From positions 124,001 through 188,000 of the IMG/VR virus record IMGVR_UViG_3300005289_000016: a stretch of 64,000 nucleotides of DNA; one strand, 5' to 3'. Below the pieces are notes generated by a model that made no database searches, was not told the DNA's origin, and saw only the letters and a list, made by a program, of their open reading frames with translations. Of this stretch, positions 9,178 through 17,456 are shown in pieces (position 1 is the first letter of the stretch; every line of letters starts with the position of its first letter). A program made the translations under genes and the position numbers.

Positions 9178-10759
9178 TGATGCGTACCACAACCTCATCG
9201 AGGATGTGTTGCACAACGGCAACTTCAAGGGTGACCGTACTGGCACTGGCACCTACGCAGTAGTTGGTCGTCTGGCCCGCTACAACCTGATGAACAAGCG
9301 TTCGCCTCGCCTGACTACCAAAGGCATGCAGGATACTGCTGAGCGCGAGATGCTCTGGTTCTGCGGCGGTAGCTCCAGCATCAAGGAACTGCGTGATCAG
9401 AAGATCGGTATCTGGAACAGTTGGTTGATCCCGGGCACGGCCAAGTACCGCACCCGCACCAATGATGAACTCATTGGGCTGTTGGCGCGGAAGTACGATA
9501 ACGATACCGCCACGATAAACTTCTGCACCAATGATCACCTTCTCGAAATACAGAAGGGTCGCGGCATCAACATCTTCGACAAGTTCACCGTCAAGATCAC
9601 GGTCAAAGAAAGCCTGTCGAGGACAGTCGAGATCTACGGCAGTGACGCATACTTCACTTCTGTTGAAGGCGTGCTTCATCACGCGGCTCAGTACCACAAC
9701 ATCGCAGTGGAAATCCTGACCGACGGCAGCATTGGTCCAGGCGCTTACGGTCCACAATGGCGTCACTGGCAGGACACCCAGATCATCACTCAAGCTGACT
9801 TGGTCCAGTACCAACAGCAAGGCTACACTCTGCGCGGCGAGATCGCTCCAGTGGGCCTGCCGGACACTGAAGAAGCTCTGCTGGCAGAACTGGATCGTGT
9901 GGCCGAAGCGAAAGGCTACGTCCGTACCGACGTCGTGAAGGTGCAGTTCGACGAAGTGGGCGATAAAGGTTACGACGTCTACAACAACGGCGGTACGCTG
10001 TGGGCTCGTTACACTGACGACAACGGCCTGCGTAAGATCTTCACTGCCATCGCTGACCTGCCACGTTTTGTGGTGCATCGTGAAGTCGACCAGTTGGTCA
10101 ATGCGATCCAGTTGCTTAACCATGAGCCGAACAGCCGTCGTATCATCGTTTCGGCCTGGAACCCAGCGCTGACGTGGAAGGCTGCTCTGCCGCCATGTCA
10201 CCTGTACTTCCAGTTCATCTCGCATGAGTTGACTCTGGAGCAGCGCTACATGATCGCCCGCGACCGTATGGCTCTTCAGAAGTACGACCTGAAGAAAGAA
10301 GCGGACAAGGGTTTCATGGACATGGCTCTGCGTACGTGGATGCAGTACGACCTCGAGGCAGATCGTAAAGACTGCACCGATGAAGAACTGCACGGCAACA
10401 TGGACGCAGTCGGCATCAAGCGTCGTGGCCTGTACTGCTTCCTCCTGCTGCGTTCCAACGACCTCGGTCTCGGACAACCGTTCAACGTGGCTCAGTACGC
10501 AACGCTGACTCACATGGTGGCTCAGTGTGTCGGTATGGAAGCATTGGAGCTGGTGTGGGCTGCGGTAGACGCTCACGTGTACTCCAACCACGTACAAGCG
10601 CTGGAACATCAGCTGACTCTGGAATCGAAGGACTGTATCCCTCGGTTGAAACTGAACCCTAACGTCACGTCGATCGACGGCTTCAAGATCAGTGACATCC
10701 AGATCATCGACTACGATAGTCACCCGGCACTCACCAAAGAAATGCCTGTAGCCGTATAA
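9137..10759 (+). CDS. thyA: thymidylate synthase with large insertions
   Basis: DRTGTGT, GAYGPQWR, SRRIIVSAWNP, catalytic LPPCH, RSND..G.PFN..QYA, D.HVY.NH; 540 aa versus about 264 aa canonical. Confidence 0.95.
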   Translation: MTPFVLNTRLTPTDDAYHNLIEDVLHNGNFKGDRTGTGTYAVVGRLARYNLMNKRSPRLTTKGMQDTAEREMLWFCGGSSSIKELRDQKIGIWNSWLIPGTAKYRTRTNDELIGLLARKYDNDTATINFCTNDHLLEIQKGRGINIFDKFTVKITVKESLSRTVEIYGSDAYFTSVEGVLHHAAQYHNIAVEILTDGSIGPGAYGPQWRHWQDTQIITQADLVQYQQQGYTLRGEIAPVGLPDTEEALLAELDRVAEAKGYVRTDVVKVQFDEVGDKGYDVYNNGGTLWARYTDDNGLRKIFTAIADLPRFVVHREVDQLVNAIQLLNHEPNSRRIIVSAWNPALTWKAALPPCHLYFQFISHELTLEQRYMIARDRMALQKYDLKKEADKGFMDMALRTWMQYDLEADRKDCTDEELHGNMDAVGIKRRGLYCFLLLRSNDLGLGQPFNVAQYATLTHMVAQCVGMEALELVWAAVDAHVYSNHVQALEHQLTLESKDCIPRLKLNPNVTSIDGFKISDIQIIDYDSHPALTKEMPVAV

Positions 10760-10769
10760 GGAAAACGGA

Positions 10770-10979
10770 ATGAAATCTATCAACCATACTCGCAACGCAG
10801 TGCGGTTTGCTATTGTGGTCTTCTGGGTTGTCGTCCTCGGACTGACATACACCGCGTTTCAGAACTCCGGCAACGCATTCGCGCTGGGTTGGGGAACGTG
10901 GCTGTTTTACGCAGTCGTGGCAATCGTTGTGTTCTACGCCGGTGTCGTTTACACCATCAAACTCTGGAGCTTCAAATGA
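10770..10979 (+). CDS. small two-helix membrane protein
   Basis: Two hydrophobic segments; AAGGA RBS. Confidence 0.75.
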   Translation: MKSINHTRNAVRFAIVVFWVVVLGLTYTAFQNSGNAFALGWGTWLFYAVVAIVVFYAGVVYTIKLWSFK

Positions 10980-11677
10980 AAAATGTAGTAGTAGCTGTTC
11001 TTCTCCTGCTGGCGATTGCTGGCTGTAGCCGTACCCCGTCGAACGTCCACGTGATCGCGACGTCCAACTGCGGCGCTAAATGGGAGAAGCTCTCCGTTGG
11101 CTCCACTGTGCCTAAACACACCGGCAATCCATGTGGCTACAACGTGGCCCTGCCGAACTGGCCGATGGCTGGCGACACTCAGTTCAAGACCCAATTCTCC
11201 AAGAAGGTCCTGAGCAATGCCAAGATGTCGTACACCTACACCATCACCGATCCGCTTCTGTTCATCAACGAAGCACGCTACCTCGGCAAGATGGGCGGTT
11301 CCCTCGAACTCTCCTCTGACACTGTTGGCAGCCGTTACGAGATGGCCGAGAACATCATCATCGACAAGATGCTGCGTGAGGTGACGACTGAGCTGACCCG
11401 TGATCTGGACGTCGTTGATGCCAACCCGGCAGAGATCGAAGACGCGATCCTGAAGCAGGCCAAAGATACCCTAGAGAAGAAAGGCATCGTCCTCAGCGAC
11501 CTTGCTTTGGTCATCGAGAACGACGACCTGACCCGTCTGGCTATCGACGCTGCTACTGCGATCCGCGTGTACGAAGCTGCTGGCATCCGTACCGTTGGTG
11601 AAAGCGTGATGACGGCTCGTGCCGGTGCCACCAAGATCCAGGTCATCACTGCGTCCGAGCACAACTCGGAACAATAA
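10976..11677 (+). CDS. SPFH/band-7-like lipoprotein
   Basis: Lipobox IAGC after MKNVVVAVLLLL; SYTYTITDP..MLREVT..EIEDAI...LEKKGIVLSDL matches the SPFH-domain pattern. Confidence 0.6.
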   Translation: MKNVVVAVLLLLAIAGCSRTPSNVHVIATSNCGAKWEKLSVGSTVPKHTGNPCGYNVALPNWPMAGDTQFKTQFSKKVLSNAKMSYTYTITDPLLFINEARYLGKMGGSLELSSDTVGSRYEMAENIIIDKMLREVTTELTRDLDVVDANPAEIEDAILKQAKDTLEKKGIVLSDLALVIENDDLTRLAIDAATAIRVYEAAGIRTVGESVMTARAGATKIQVITASEHNSEQ

Positions 11678-11687
11678 GGAGCAGTCC

Positions 11688-11966
11688 ATGCCCCAGCCTC
11701 GGTTGCAGGAAGGTAAGCAGCCGAACATGACTCACTTGGGTGGTGCGATGTTTATCGTGCGTACCCAAGCGGGTCTTCGTAAAGCCATCAAGCAACAGTT
11801 TGACGACTGGAAGGAGATGGAAGTTTACGGTCGGCCTAAGAAGTACCCAGCCATTGTCGCGATCATGAGTGGTCGGTCTTGCGGCATTGATCATATCCAG
11901 ATTGCCAGCACGCACCTGAACGTCGTTAAGGACGCATTGGCCCAACAAGGTGAAATCGCACCATGA
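11688..11966 (+). CDS. hypothetical protein
   Basis: AAGGAG RBS before ATG at 11688. Confidence 0.75.
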   Translation: MPQPRLQEGKQPNMTHLGGAMFIVRTQAGLRKAIKQQFDDWKEMEVYGRPKKYPAIVAIMSGRSCGIDHIQIASTHLNVVKDALAQQGEIAP

Positions 11967-12478
11967 AGACAGACCGTGGATCATTAGCAATAATGGCACC
12001 GCTCCTTGACCAGATCAAGTCGGATGAAAACGGGGACTATGAGTTCCATCCGACTGAGAAGGTCTATCCACTGATCGTCATTGATCGGGTGATTGACTTG
12101 TATGCTCGGGTGTCTCATCTGGGCCTGCAAGATGCAATCAAGGACATCAGTCGGGTCTTTGAACTGACGTACATTCCGGAAGAGGAACGCACCATTCGTG
12201 GAGTGGGGGCGTTCATGTTCAAGGTCGTGGGTCAGCGTGTGGATGTAACACTCGAATACCTGCTGCGCAATCCCGACCACACAGATCACCCCGAGCGTGT
12301 CTCAGTCGACAGTGTGATCGAACTGGCCAACGCAGCAGAGCGGGTTTACCTGTGCCGTGCGTTGGGCGGGATCAACGTGAATGTTGCCGTTCATCGTTGG
12401 CGCACACGGGACTTCACTTTTGCCTTCGATGGGGAAATGCTGAATCTGCTCCCTGTCGAATCTGACACTCAGGTATAA
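11963..12478 (+). CDS. hypothetical protein
   Basis: ATGA overlap, 171 aa. Confidence 0.75.
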   Translation: MKTDRGSLAIMAPLLDQIKSDENGDYEFHPTEKVYPLIVIDRVIDLYARVSHLGLQDAIKDISRVFELTYIPEEERTIRGVGAFMFKVVGQRVDVTLEYLLRNPDHTDHPERVSVDSVIELANAAERVYLCRALGGINVNVAVHRWRTRDFTFAFDGEMLNLLPVESDTQV

Positions 12479-12487
12479 GGACTTGCC

Positions 12488-12733
12488 ATGACGGCACCAT
12501 CTGCCACTATCACCGTTCCTGAAGTTGCCGAACGCTTCAGAGAGTACTGGCTGGACAATCCAGCCTGGGGTTCTCTGCACATCGTTCTTGATGACTTCAA
12601 TGTCGACAACCACCACGTAGAACACTGCATCGAGTACGCCATCCAGAATGGCGACAAAGAAGGTGAGGCACTGGCCCGCATTCTGTTGCAGATGTCCAAA
12701 TCACAGCGCCTGAAACTCTCGCGCATCGGTTAA
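12488..12733 (+). CDS. hypothetical protein
   Basis: AAGGA RBS; WGSLHIVLDD motif. Confidence 0.8.
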   Translation: MTAPSATITVPEVAERFREYWLDNPAWGSLHIVLDDFNVDNHHVEHCIEYAIQNGDKEGEALARILLQMSKSQRLKLSRIG

Positions 12734-12743
12734 AGGAATCGCC

Positions 12744-12956
12744 GTGAAGAATGTACCAATCCTGCTGCTCATGTTGTTTGCTGTGGTGAGTTGCGGTCCT
12801 CAACAAGCCCAGTCCAGTAATCGAGCCTCCACCCTTAGTTACGTGGGAGAGACTCCTGGCTGCACGATCTATTCGGGGTTTGAGCATGGCGTTCGTTTCT
12901 TCGTAGCCGACGCCAAAGCAACCCACGATGTCTGCTCTATCTCCACTGCCCAGTAA
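12744..12956 (+). CDS. small putative lipoprotein
   Basis: MKNVPILLLMLFAVVSC lipobox-like signal; AAGGA RBS. Confidence 0.7.
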   Translation: MKNVPILLLMLFAVVSCGPQQAQSSNRASTLSYVGETPGCTIYSGFEHGVRFFVADAKATHDVCSISTAQ

Positions 12957-12965
12957 GGAATCGAC

Positions 12966-14138
12966 ATGTGCTTTGAACGTCTTTACAATGTACCGTTCGT
13001 TGAAGAACCGGACTTCACTCGCGAGATCAAGGTCCTCAAAGGCATCGCTGACATCCCGTTTAAGGACGCGGTGGAACAGATCGGCACTACCGCCAAGATC
13101 ATCCTGGACGGCGCTATCATTGATGCTGTCATGCGCGAAGCCAATAGTCGTTTCGCACACGTCAACGTCATCGGTGCTGATGACACACTGCAAGAGCTGG
13201 AAGACCGCTCTGTCGTGTTCTCGTCCCCAGTCATGAGCAGCCGGTTCCTTAACGGCAGCGTGCATCCTGAAGTACTGACAGTCAGTCATCACAAAGACCT
13301 CCAAGGCACTGTGGTTGTACTGAAGTTGAAGGACTTCTCGTTCGTCGCCATGTACAGCTTGGTTGTTGCTCCGCCGACTGGGCTGCCAGAAGACACGATC
13401 GCCTTGGCTGAGCTGCGCATCAAGTTCGGCCTTGAATCCGAGTCAGTCCGAATCTATCGCGACTATGCCAGAGAGGTAGAGTTGCTGACCCCAGCACCAC
13501 AAGTTCTCTCCACGTTCCGCAAGCTGTGGAACCACAGTCCGATGAACTTCCCACCGTTCTCGGACACTCGCATCATGATGATGCCGGTGAAGATCGGTCA
13601 TCTGGACGGTATCCCTGAGCACTACTGGCGCTTCATGGAACAACTCTTCGGCATGACTGAGGAACGTTTCCACGGTGAGATCGGGTATCTGACCATCGAC
13701 GAGCGTGAGCTACAACCAGGTGAGACTCTGCGCCGTTCGGGTCTGCACGTGGACGGCTACTACCAAGGCCGTTGCGGTGCATGGGGTGGCGGTGGCGGTT
13801 GGGGCAGCGTGGGCAATGGCATGCTGGCGGTTTCCAGTACTCCTCACTGCAAAGCGTGGCTGGGCATCGCTCGTGGTGAGATCGGTAGCGAAGGTGAAGC
13901 CGATCAGATGGACCTCAGCTCCTGCGGTTCGATCATCTTCGGCGCTGGTGATGTTTACTGGGTCGACGGCGCGTGCATTCACGAATCGCTGCCGGTGGAA
14001 GAAACCACCAAGCGTCAGTTCGTGCGTCTGTCCATGCCGAACAACGGTCCTTGGTTTGAAGGCTACACCGAGAACCCGACTGGCATCAAACCGTCGAACG
14101 ACATCCTGCCTACTCGTGACAAGTTCATGAAGGGCTAA
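12966..14138 (+). CDS. two-domain protein with C-terminal 2OG-Fe(II)-oxygenase-like domain
   Basis: RRSGLHVDG ... IHESLP ... RQFVRLS gives an HxD..H..R facial-triad pattern. Confidence 0.6.
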   Translation: MCFERLYNVPFVEEPDFTREIKVLKGIADIPFKDAVEQIGTTAKIILDGAIIDAVMREANSRFAHVNVIGADDTLQELEDRSVVFSSPVMSSRFLNGSVHPEVLTVSHHKDLQGTVVVLKLKDFSFVAMYSLVVAPPTGLPEDTIALAELRIKFGLESESVRIYRDYAREVELLTPAPQVLSTFRKLWNHSPMNFPPFSDTRIMMMPVKIGHLDGIPEHYWRFMEQLFGMTEERFHGEIGYLTIDERELQPGETLRRSGLHVDGYYQGRCGAWGGGGGWGSVGNGMLAVSSTPHCKAWLGIARGEIGSEGEADQMDLSSCGSIIFGAGDVYWVDGACIHESLPVEETTKRQFVRLSMPNNGPWFEGYTENPTGIKPSNDILPTRDKFMKG

Positions 14139-14281
14139 TGGCCACGGCAAAGAAGCCGCCCACTGCTGAAGAGCGGTGGGCACGGTGGAGGGAGGATAAT
14201 CGGCCTATCCTCCCTGACATCGAAAAAGCTAAAGACCAGATTACTGCTATCCAGCTCAAGAAGGCTGGTAAGCTTCATTAA
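14138..14281 (+). CDS. small protein (47 aa, not in ORF track)
   Basis: TAATG coupling; translates MATAKKPPTAEERWARWREDNRPILPDIEKAKDQITAIQLKKAGKLH. Confidence 0.6.
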   Translation: MATAKKPPTAEERWARWREDNRPILPDIEKAKDQITAIQLKKAGKLH

Positions 14282-14290
14282 GGAAGATTC

Positions 14291-14497
14291 ATGAAAGCTC
14301 AAGCCACTCCGACTCAGATCAACCCATCTAAGCGCGACTTCATGTTGCAGTTCATTCTGAACGCTCGCTTGAGTGGTCGTGGCCAGGACATCGGTTCTGG
14401 CGGTGAACGTGGTCGTCGTGAAATTGTTGAGGCCGCTGAAGACCTCTACAACCTGACCATGAAGAAGTGCGAAGAACCTATCCCCGAGGAGAAGTAG
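14291..14497 (+). CDS. hypothetical protein
   Basis: AAGGA RBS, 68 aa. Confidence 0.75.
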   Translation: MKAQATPTQINPSKRDFMLQFILNARLSGRGQDIGSGGERGRREIVEAAEDLYNLTMKKCEEPIPEEK

Positions 14498-14986
14498 ATG
14501 GGTACGTATACGACGTTTGTATGTCAGCGCAAGATCGGGGACAAGTGGTTCATCGTTCTGCCTGAGGGTCATGGATATAACCCTGAGATTCCTCATTCGT
14601 ACGGCAAGCTGGACATGATGGATGACATCGACAAGTCGATGGGGTTCAACCTGAAGTCTGACCAGCGCATCTACGCCAAGCGTCAGGACTTCCAGTCTCC
14701 TGGCGAGTACAGCGAGTTGACTTCTCGGGCACCGTGGGCCAACCGGGGTTATCCTGACGACATCGACGATGAAGTCAAGGAGATCTTCGAAGGCGCTTAC
14801 CATGGCGACGCATCATGGGTCATGCTCGATGAGCTGTTGGCGTATGACTTCGACAAGGAACTCGTCCACACGGGCTACGGCGACGATATGGTCACCTGGA
14901 CCGAGCACTTGAAGCCTGCGTACCGCATGTGGTTCGAGCGGCTGAAAGCCATCGGCGTTGAGCGGGTCATCTACACCAATCACTGA
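14498..14986 (+). CDS. hypothetical phage protein
   Basis: GGAG RBS; RGYPDD...SW..LDELL.YDF pattern seen in phage hypotheticals. Confidence 0.8.
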   Translation: MGTYTTFVCQRKIGDKWFIVLPEGHGYNPEIPHSYGKLDMMDDIDKSMGFNLKSDQRIYAKRQDFQSPGEYSELTSRAPWANRGYPDDIDDEVKEIFEGAYHGDASWVMLDELLAYDFDKELVHTGYGDDMVTWTEHLKPAYRMWFERLKAIGVERVIYTNH

Positions 14987-14996
14987 GGGGGTAAAC

Positions 14997-15230
14997 ATGT
15001 TGCCATATGGTCATATCCTGAGCGACATCCACATCGGCAATTATCGTGAAGGTAAGTCGCGCAGTACTGATGAACTCCTTCGTTTGATGGAGGACCTCGG
15101 TCCCGATCCATGCCAAGATGATCGCTTCCATGGCGATCATCCTAATGACCAAGGCGAACGCACCAACAAGAAGCTCCGCGTTCAGCCATTCTATCACCGC
15201 GGCCGCGATGGAAAGATGAAGAGGTTCTGA
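14997..15230 (+). CDS. hypothetical protein
   Basis: GAGGGGG RBS. Confidence 0.65.
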   Translation: MLPYGHILSDIHIGNYREGKSRSTDELLRLMEDLGPDPCQDDRFHGDHPNDQGERTNKKLRVQPFYHRGRDGKMKRF

Positions 15231-15955
15231 TGAAAGCTACATTCCCCTTGGAGACCATCTTGGCGAGCATGCGGCAACACGAAGCCGTCTGTGTCAAGAT
15301 GCCTGCTCTGAACCATTTCCAGCAGCGACTCGAGGATAAGTTGCTGGACGTGTTGAAGCGTAACCCATCGGCCGACGTACCTTACCACAACAACAACCAC
15401 ATGAGGGGCGTGTGGGACATTGCTCAGGTTGTGTGGGAGGCTGAGAAGGAAGACATCGGTCTCGGTGGTGACTGGGCGTTCATCGCGCTTATGTTTGTCT
15501 GTCTGCTGCATGACTACGGTCATTCGGCTGGACATGACAACGACCACTACAATGTCCTGAGTACCCGGGAGTTCGTCTCGGAGTTAATTGCACAGAACGG
15601 TTATAGTTTGCCTGGTCGCGTCATCGAAGCCATCGATAAGGCCATCGAGTGCACCGAGTTCCCATTTGTGATCCCTCCACGCAACAAGCTGGAGATGGTC
15701 ATGCGGGACTGCGATGTGCTCTATGCCACCGTGAGCCTCGACCCTACTCTCGTCATGGAAGACCTCCGTGCTGAGATTCAAGTAGCGGCCAAACGTGACG
15801 TGACCTATGAGGAGATGCTGGTCGGACAATCCAAGTTCATGGAGTCCGCAGAGCTCTTCACCGAAACCGGTCGTGCTATCTGGGAGATCTACTCTCCTCG
15901 TTACCTTGTGCGGCTTCAAGAATACGCGAAAGAAAAGGGAACATCCGATGTCTGA
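15230..15955 (+). CDS. HD-domain metal-dependent phosphohydrolase
   Basis: PYHNNNH ... CLLHDYGH ... RDCD metal-ligand pattern. Confidence 0.8.
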   Translation: MKATFPLETILASMRQHEAVCVKMPALNHFQQRLEDKLLDVLKRNPSADVPYHNNNHMRGVWDIAQVVWEAEKEDIGLGGDWAFIALMFVCLLHDYGHSAGHDNDHYNVLSTREFVSELIAQNGYSLPGRVIEAIDKAIECTEFPFVIPPRNKLEMVMRDCDVLYATVSLDPTLVMEDLRAEIQVAAKRDVTYEEMLVGQSKFMESAELFTETGRAIWEIYSPRYLVRLQEYAKEKGTSDV

Positions 15956-16346
15956 TAACAAAATGCGCAACTTCCTGCTCTCCAATGAAGCGCTGGAAGT
16001 GTTTGCCCTGCTGTACAACAAAGGCCCTAAGGAAGACGAAGACCTTCCGAGCAAGGCAGGCATGGCTGATCTGATCACTGCTGGTCTGGCCAAGAAAGAT
16101 CCGCAGGACCCGAACCGCAACATGCTGACCAAATTGGGCAACCATGAAGCGGGCATCTACTTCACCTTGCTGGCCGTCAACGCAACCAAGACCGGCACGC
16201 CTGTCGAGCTGGAAGTGGCAGGCAAAACCCTCAACATCGACATCGATCCGGATGATCAAGATCCAGTCGGAACTGTCGAGTTCATTCAGGCTGAAGTTCT
16301 GAAGGCCAATGGCGGAGATGTCCAGGATGAAGCCGAGTCGGCGTAG
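15948..16346 (+). CDS. hypothetical protein
   Basis: AAGGGA RBS; GP..D.DLPSKAG motif. Confidence 0.75.
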   Translation: MSDNKMRNFLLSNEALEVFALLYNKGPKEDEDLPSKAGMADLITAGLAKKDPQDPNRNMLTKLGNHEAGIYFTLLAVNATKTGTPVELEVAGKTLNIDIDPDDQDPVGTVEFIQAEVLKANGGDVQDEAESA

Positions 16347-16611
16347 TTTCCTTCGGCTAGTCGGCATCGGTACAGGGGCGGTTATCGCTGCTCCTGTTCT
16401 GGCACGCATTCCTGAAACCACTCTGACGTTGCCTCCCGTGGAACCACTGGCAGCAATTGCAGAGATCTCTGATGACAGGGTGGTGAATTGGGAAGAGATC
16501 ATCAACCCGCCGGAGCAGTTCCTGCCGAATGAATACAGTAACCCGTACCTCATCACCAAGGCAGACCTCGGACTCTGTTCCAAAGGGCAGCTTCTCCGAG
16601 TAGTCCGCTGA
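16327..16611 (+). CDS. small protein with twin-arginine (Tat) signal peptide
   Basis: MKPSRRSFLRLVGIGTGAVIAAPVLA: S-R-R-x-F-L, hydrophobic region and VLA cleavage-like site; GGAG RBS. Confidence 0.65.
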   Translation: MKPSRRSFLRLVGIGTGAVIAAPVLARIPETTLTLPPVEPLAAIAEISDDRVVNWEEIINPPEQFLPNEYSNPYLITKADLGLCSKGQLLRVVR

Positions 16612-16619
16612 CACCAATT

Positions 16620-16647
16620 GCTCCGGGGTAATCCCCGGGGCTTATAT
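16620..16647 (+). terminator. terminator-like hairpin
   Basis: GCTCCGGGG-TAAT-CCCCGGGGC then TTATAT. Confidence 0.65.
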
Positions 16648-16663
16648 CCCGATAGGAGGCTGT

Positions 16664-17128
16664 ATGGCTTTCAATATCACGATCGTGACATTCGACAAAG
16701 AACCCGACACGTCAGAAGAGAAGCTCCTCGATTACCGAGGCTTTGACCCTGTACTGGTTGGCCAGACAACCCAAGGCGGCATGTACTTCTACGTCGTCAA
16801 GACCGAAGTGCCGGGTGCCAACATCCATCACGTTCAGATTCGGGATGAGTTGATTGACTCACCTAACATGGTGTTGGTGTTCGAGAACCTCTTCCCGCAA
16901 GGAGGCAATGAGAACGACCCGCTCCCTGAGCTGTTCAATGAACGACTGAGCGGGATCATCAAGGAAACTGTCCATCGGTTAGGCATTACTGACGTTAAGC
17001 AATTGGAAGGTCCGTGGTTCGCATGTGGAGTCATGGCCTACACTGTCCTCAATGTCGGCAAGGCTTTGTCAGACGACTTGGCCAAAGCTGAACGTAGTGC
17101 AATCTTTAAGGGGAACAAACATGATTAA
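16664..17128 (+). CDS. hypothetical protein
   Basis: AGGAGG RBS. Confidence 0.85.
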   Translation: MAFNITIVTFDKEPDTSEEKLLDYRGFDPVLVGQTTQGGMYFYVVKTEVPGANIHHVQIRDELIDSPNMVLVFENLFPQGGNENDPLPELFNERLSGIIKETVHRLGITDVKQLEGPWFACGVMAYTVLNVGKALSDDLAKAERSAIFKGNKHD

Positions 17129-17399
17129 TGCGCCCGAGGAGTCAGGTCCACTGACTCCTGAGCAGCACGATGAGATGCTGCGCCACCCACTGAAAGGTCA
17201 ATCTTTTTTTGACCTTGAGGAAGACCTGAAGTACTACGACAACATTCTGCGCAGTACTACCGAAGGCGATCCTGTATATAGCCGCTTCACTCAACAGAAG
17301 GAGATCACTGAGCGTTACCTGCATCTGCTACGTCGTTTTACCACTGATGGCGTGAGCGACATCATCACGCTGGATCAAGTGCACGACACCCGCCGATAA
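17121..17399 (+). CDS. hypothetical protein
   Basis: AAGGGG RBS. Confidence 0.75.
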   Translation: MINAPEESGPLTPEQHDEMLRHPLKGQSFFDLEEDLKYYDNILRSTTEGDPVYSRFTQQKEITERYLHLLRRFTTDGVSDIITLDQVHDTRR

Positions 17400-17405
17400 T
17401 CAACT

Positions 17406-17426
17406 TTATTTCAGCGATACATTATT
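17406..17426 (+). promoter_or_regulatory. recurrent promoter-like motif (T-rich..TACATTAT)
   Basis: TACATTAT at 17418; similar motifs at 28145, 40880, 41325, 50070, 56807, 58054 and 62219, all intergenic upstream of + strand units. Confidence 0.55.
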
Positions 17427-17456
17427 GCGTTGAATCCCTAACCATTAGGAACACCC

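Noticed and set aside
9137-10759. Intein in thyA, or a base-modifying hydroxymethylase
   Set aside because: No C/S...HN-C/S/T splice motifs or LAGLIDADG; the RSND..PFN Asn indicates dUMP specificity, and folA is present
9122-10852. 576-aa antisense ORF over thyA (similar long shadows at 1600-2811, 53368-55332, 55175-56482, 50724-51791)
   Set aside because: Mirror frames of genes with strong codon bias; no RBS, and the sense strand carries clear motifs or biased codons
14291-14497. Second Tat signal (SKRDFM)
   Set aside because: Lacks twin arginines and a following hydrophobic region of adequate length
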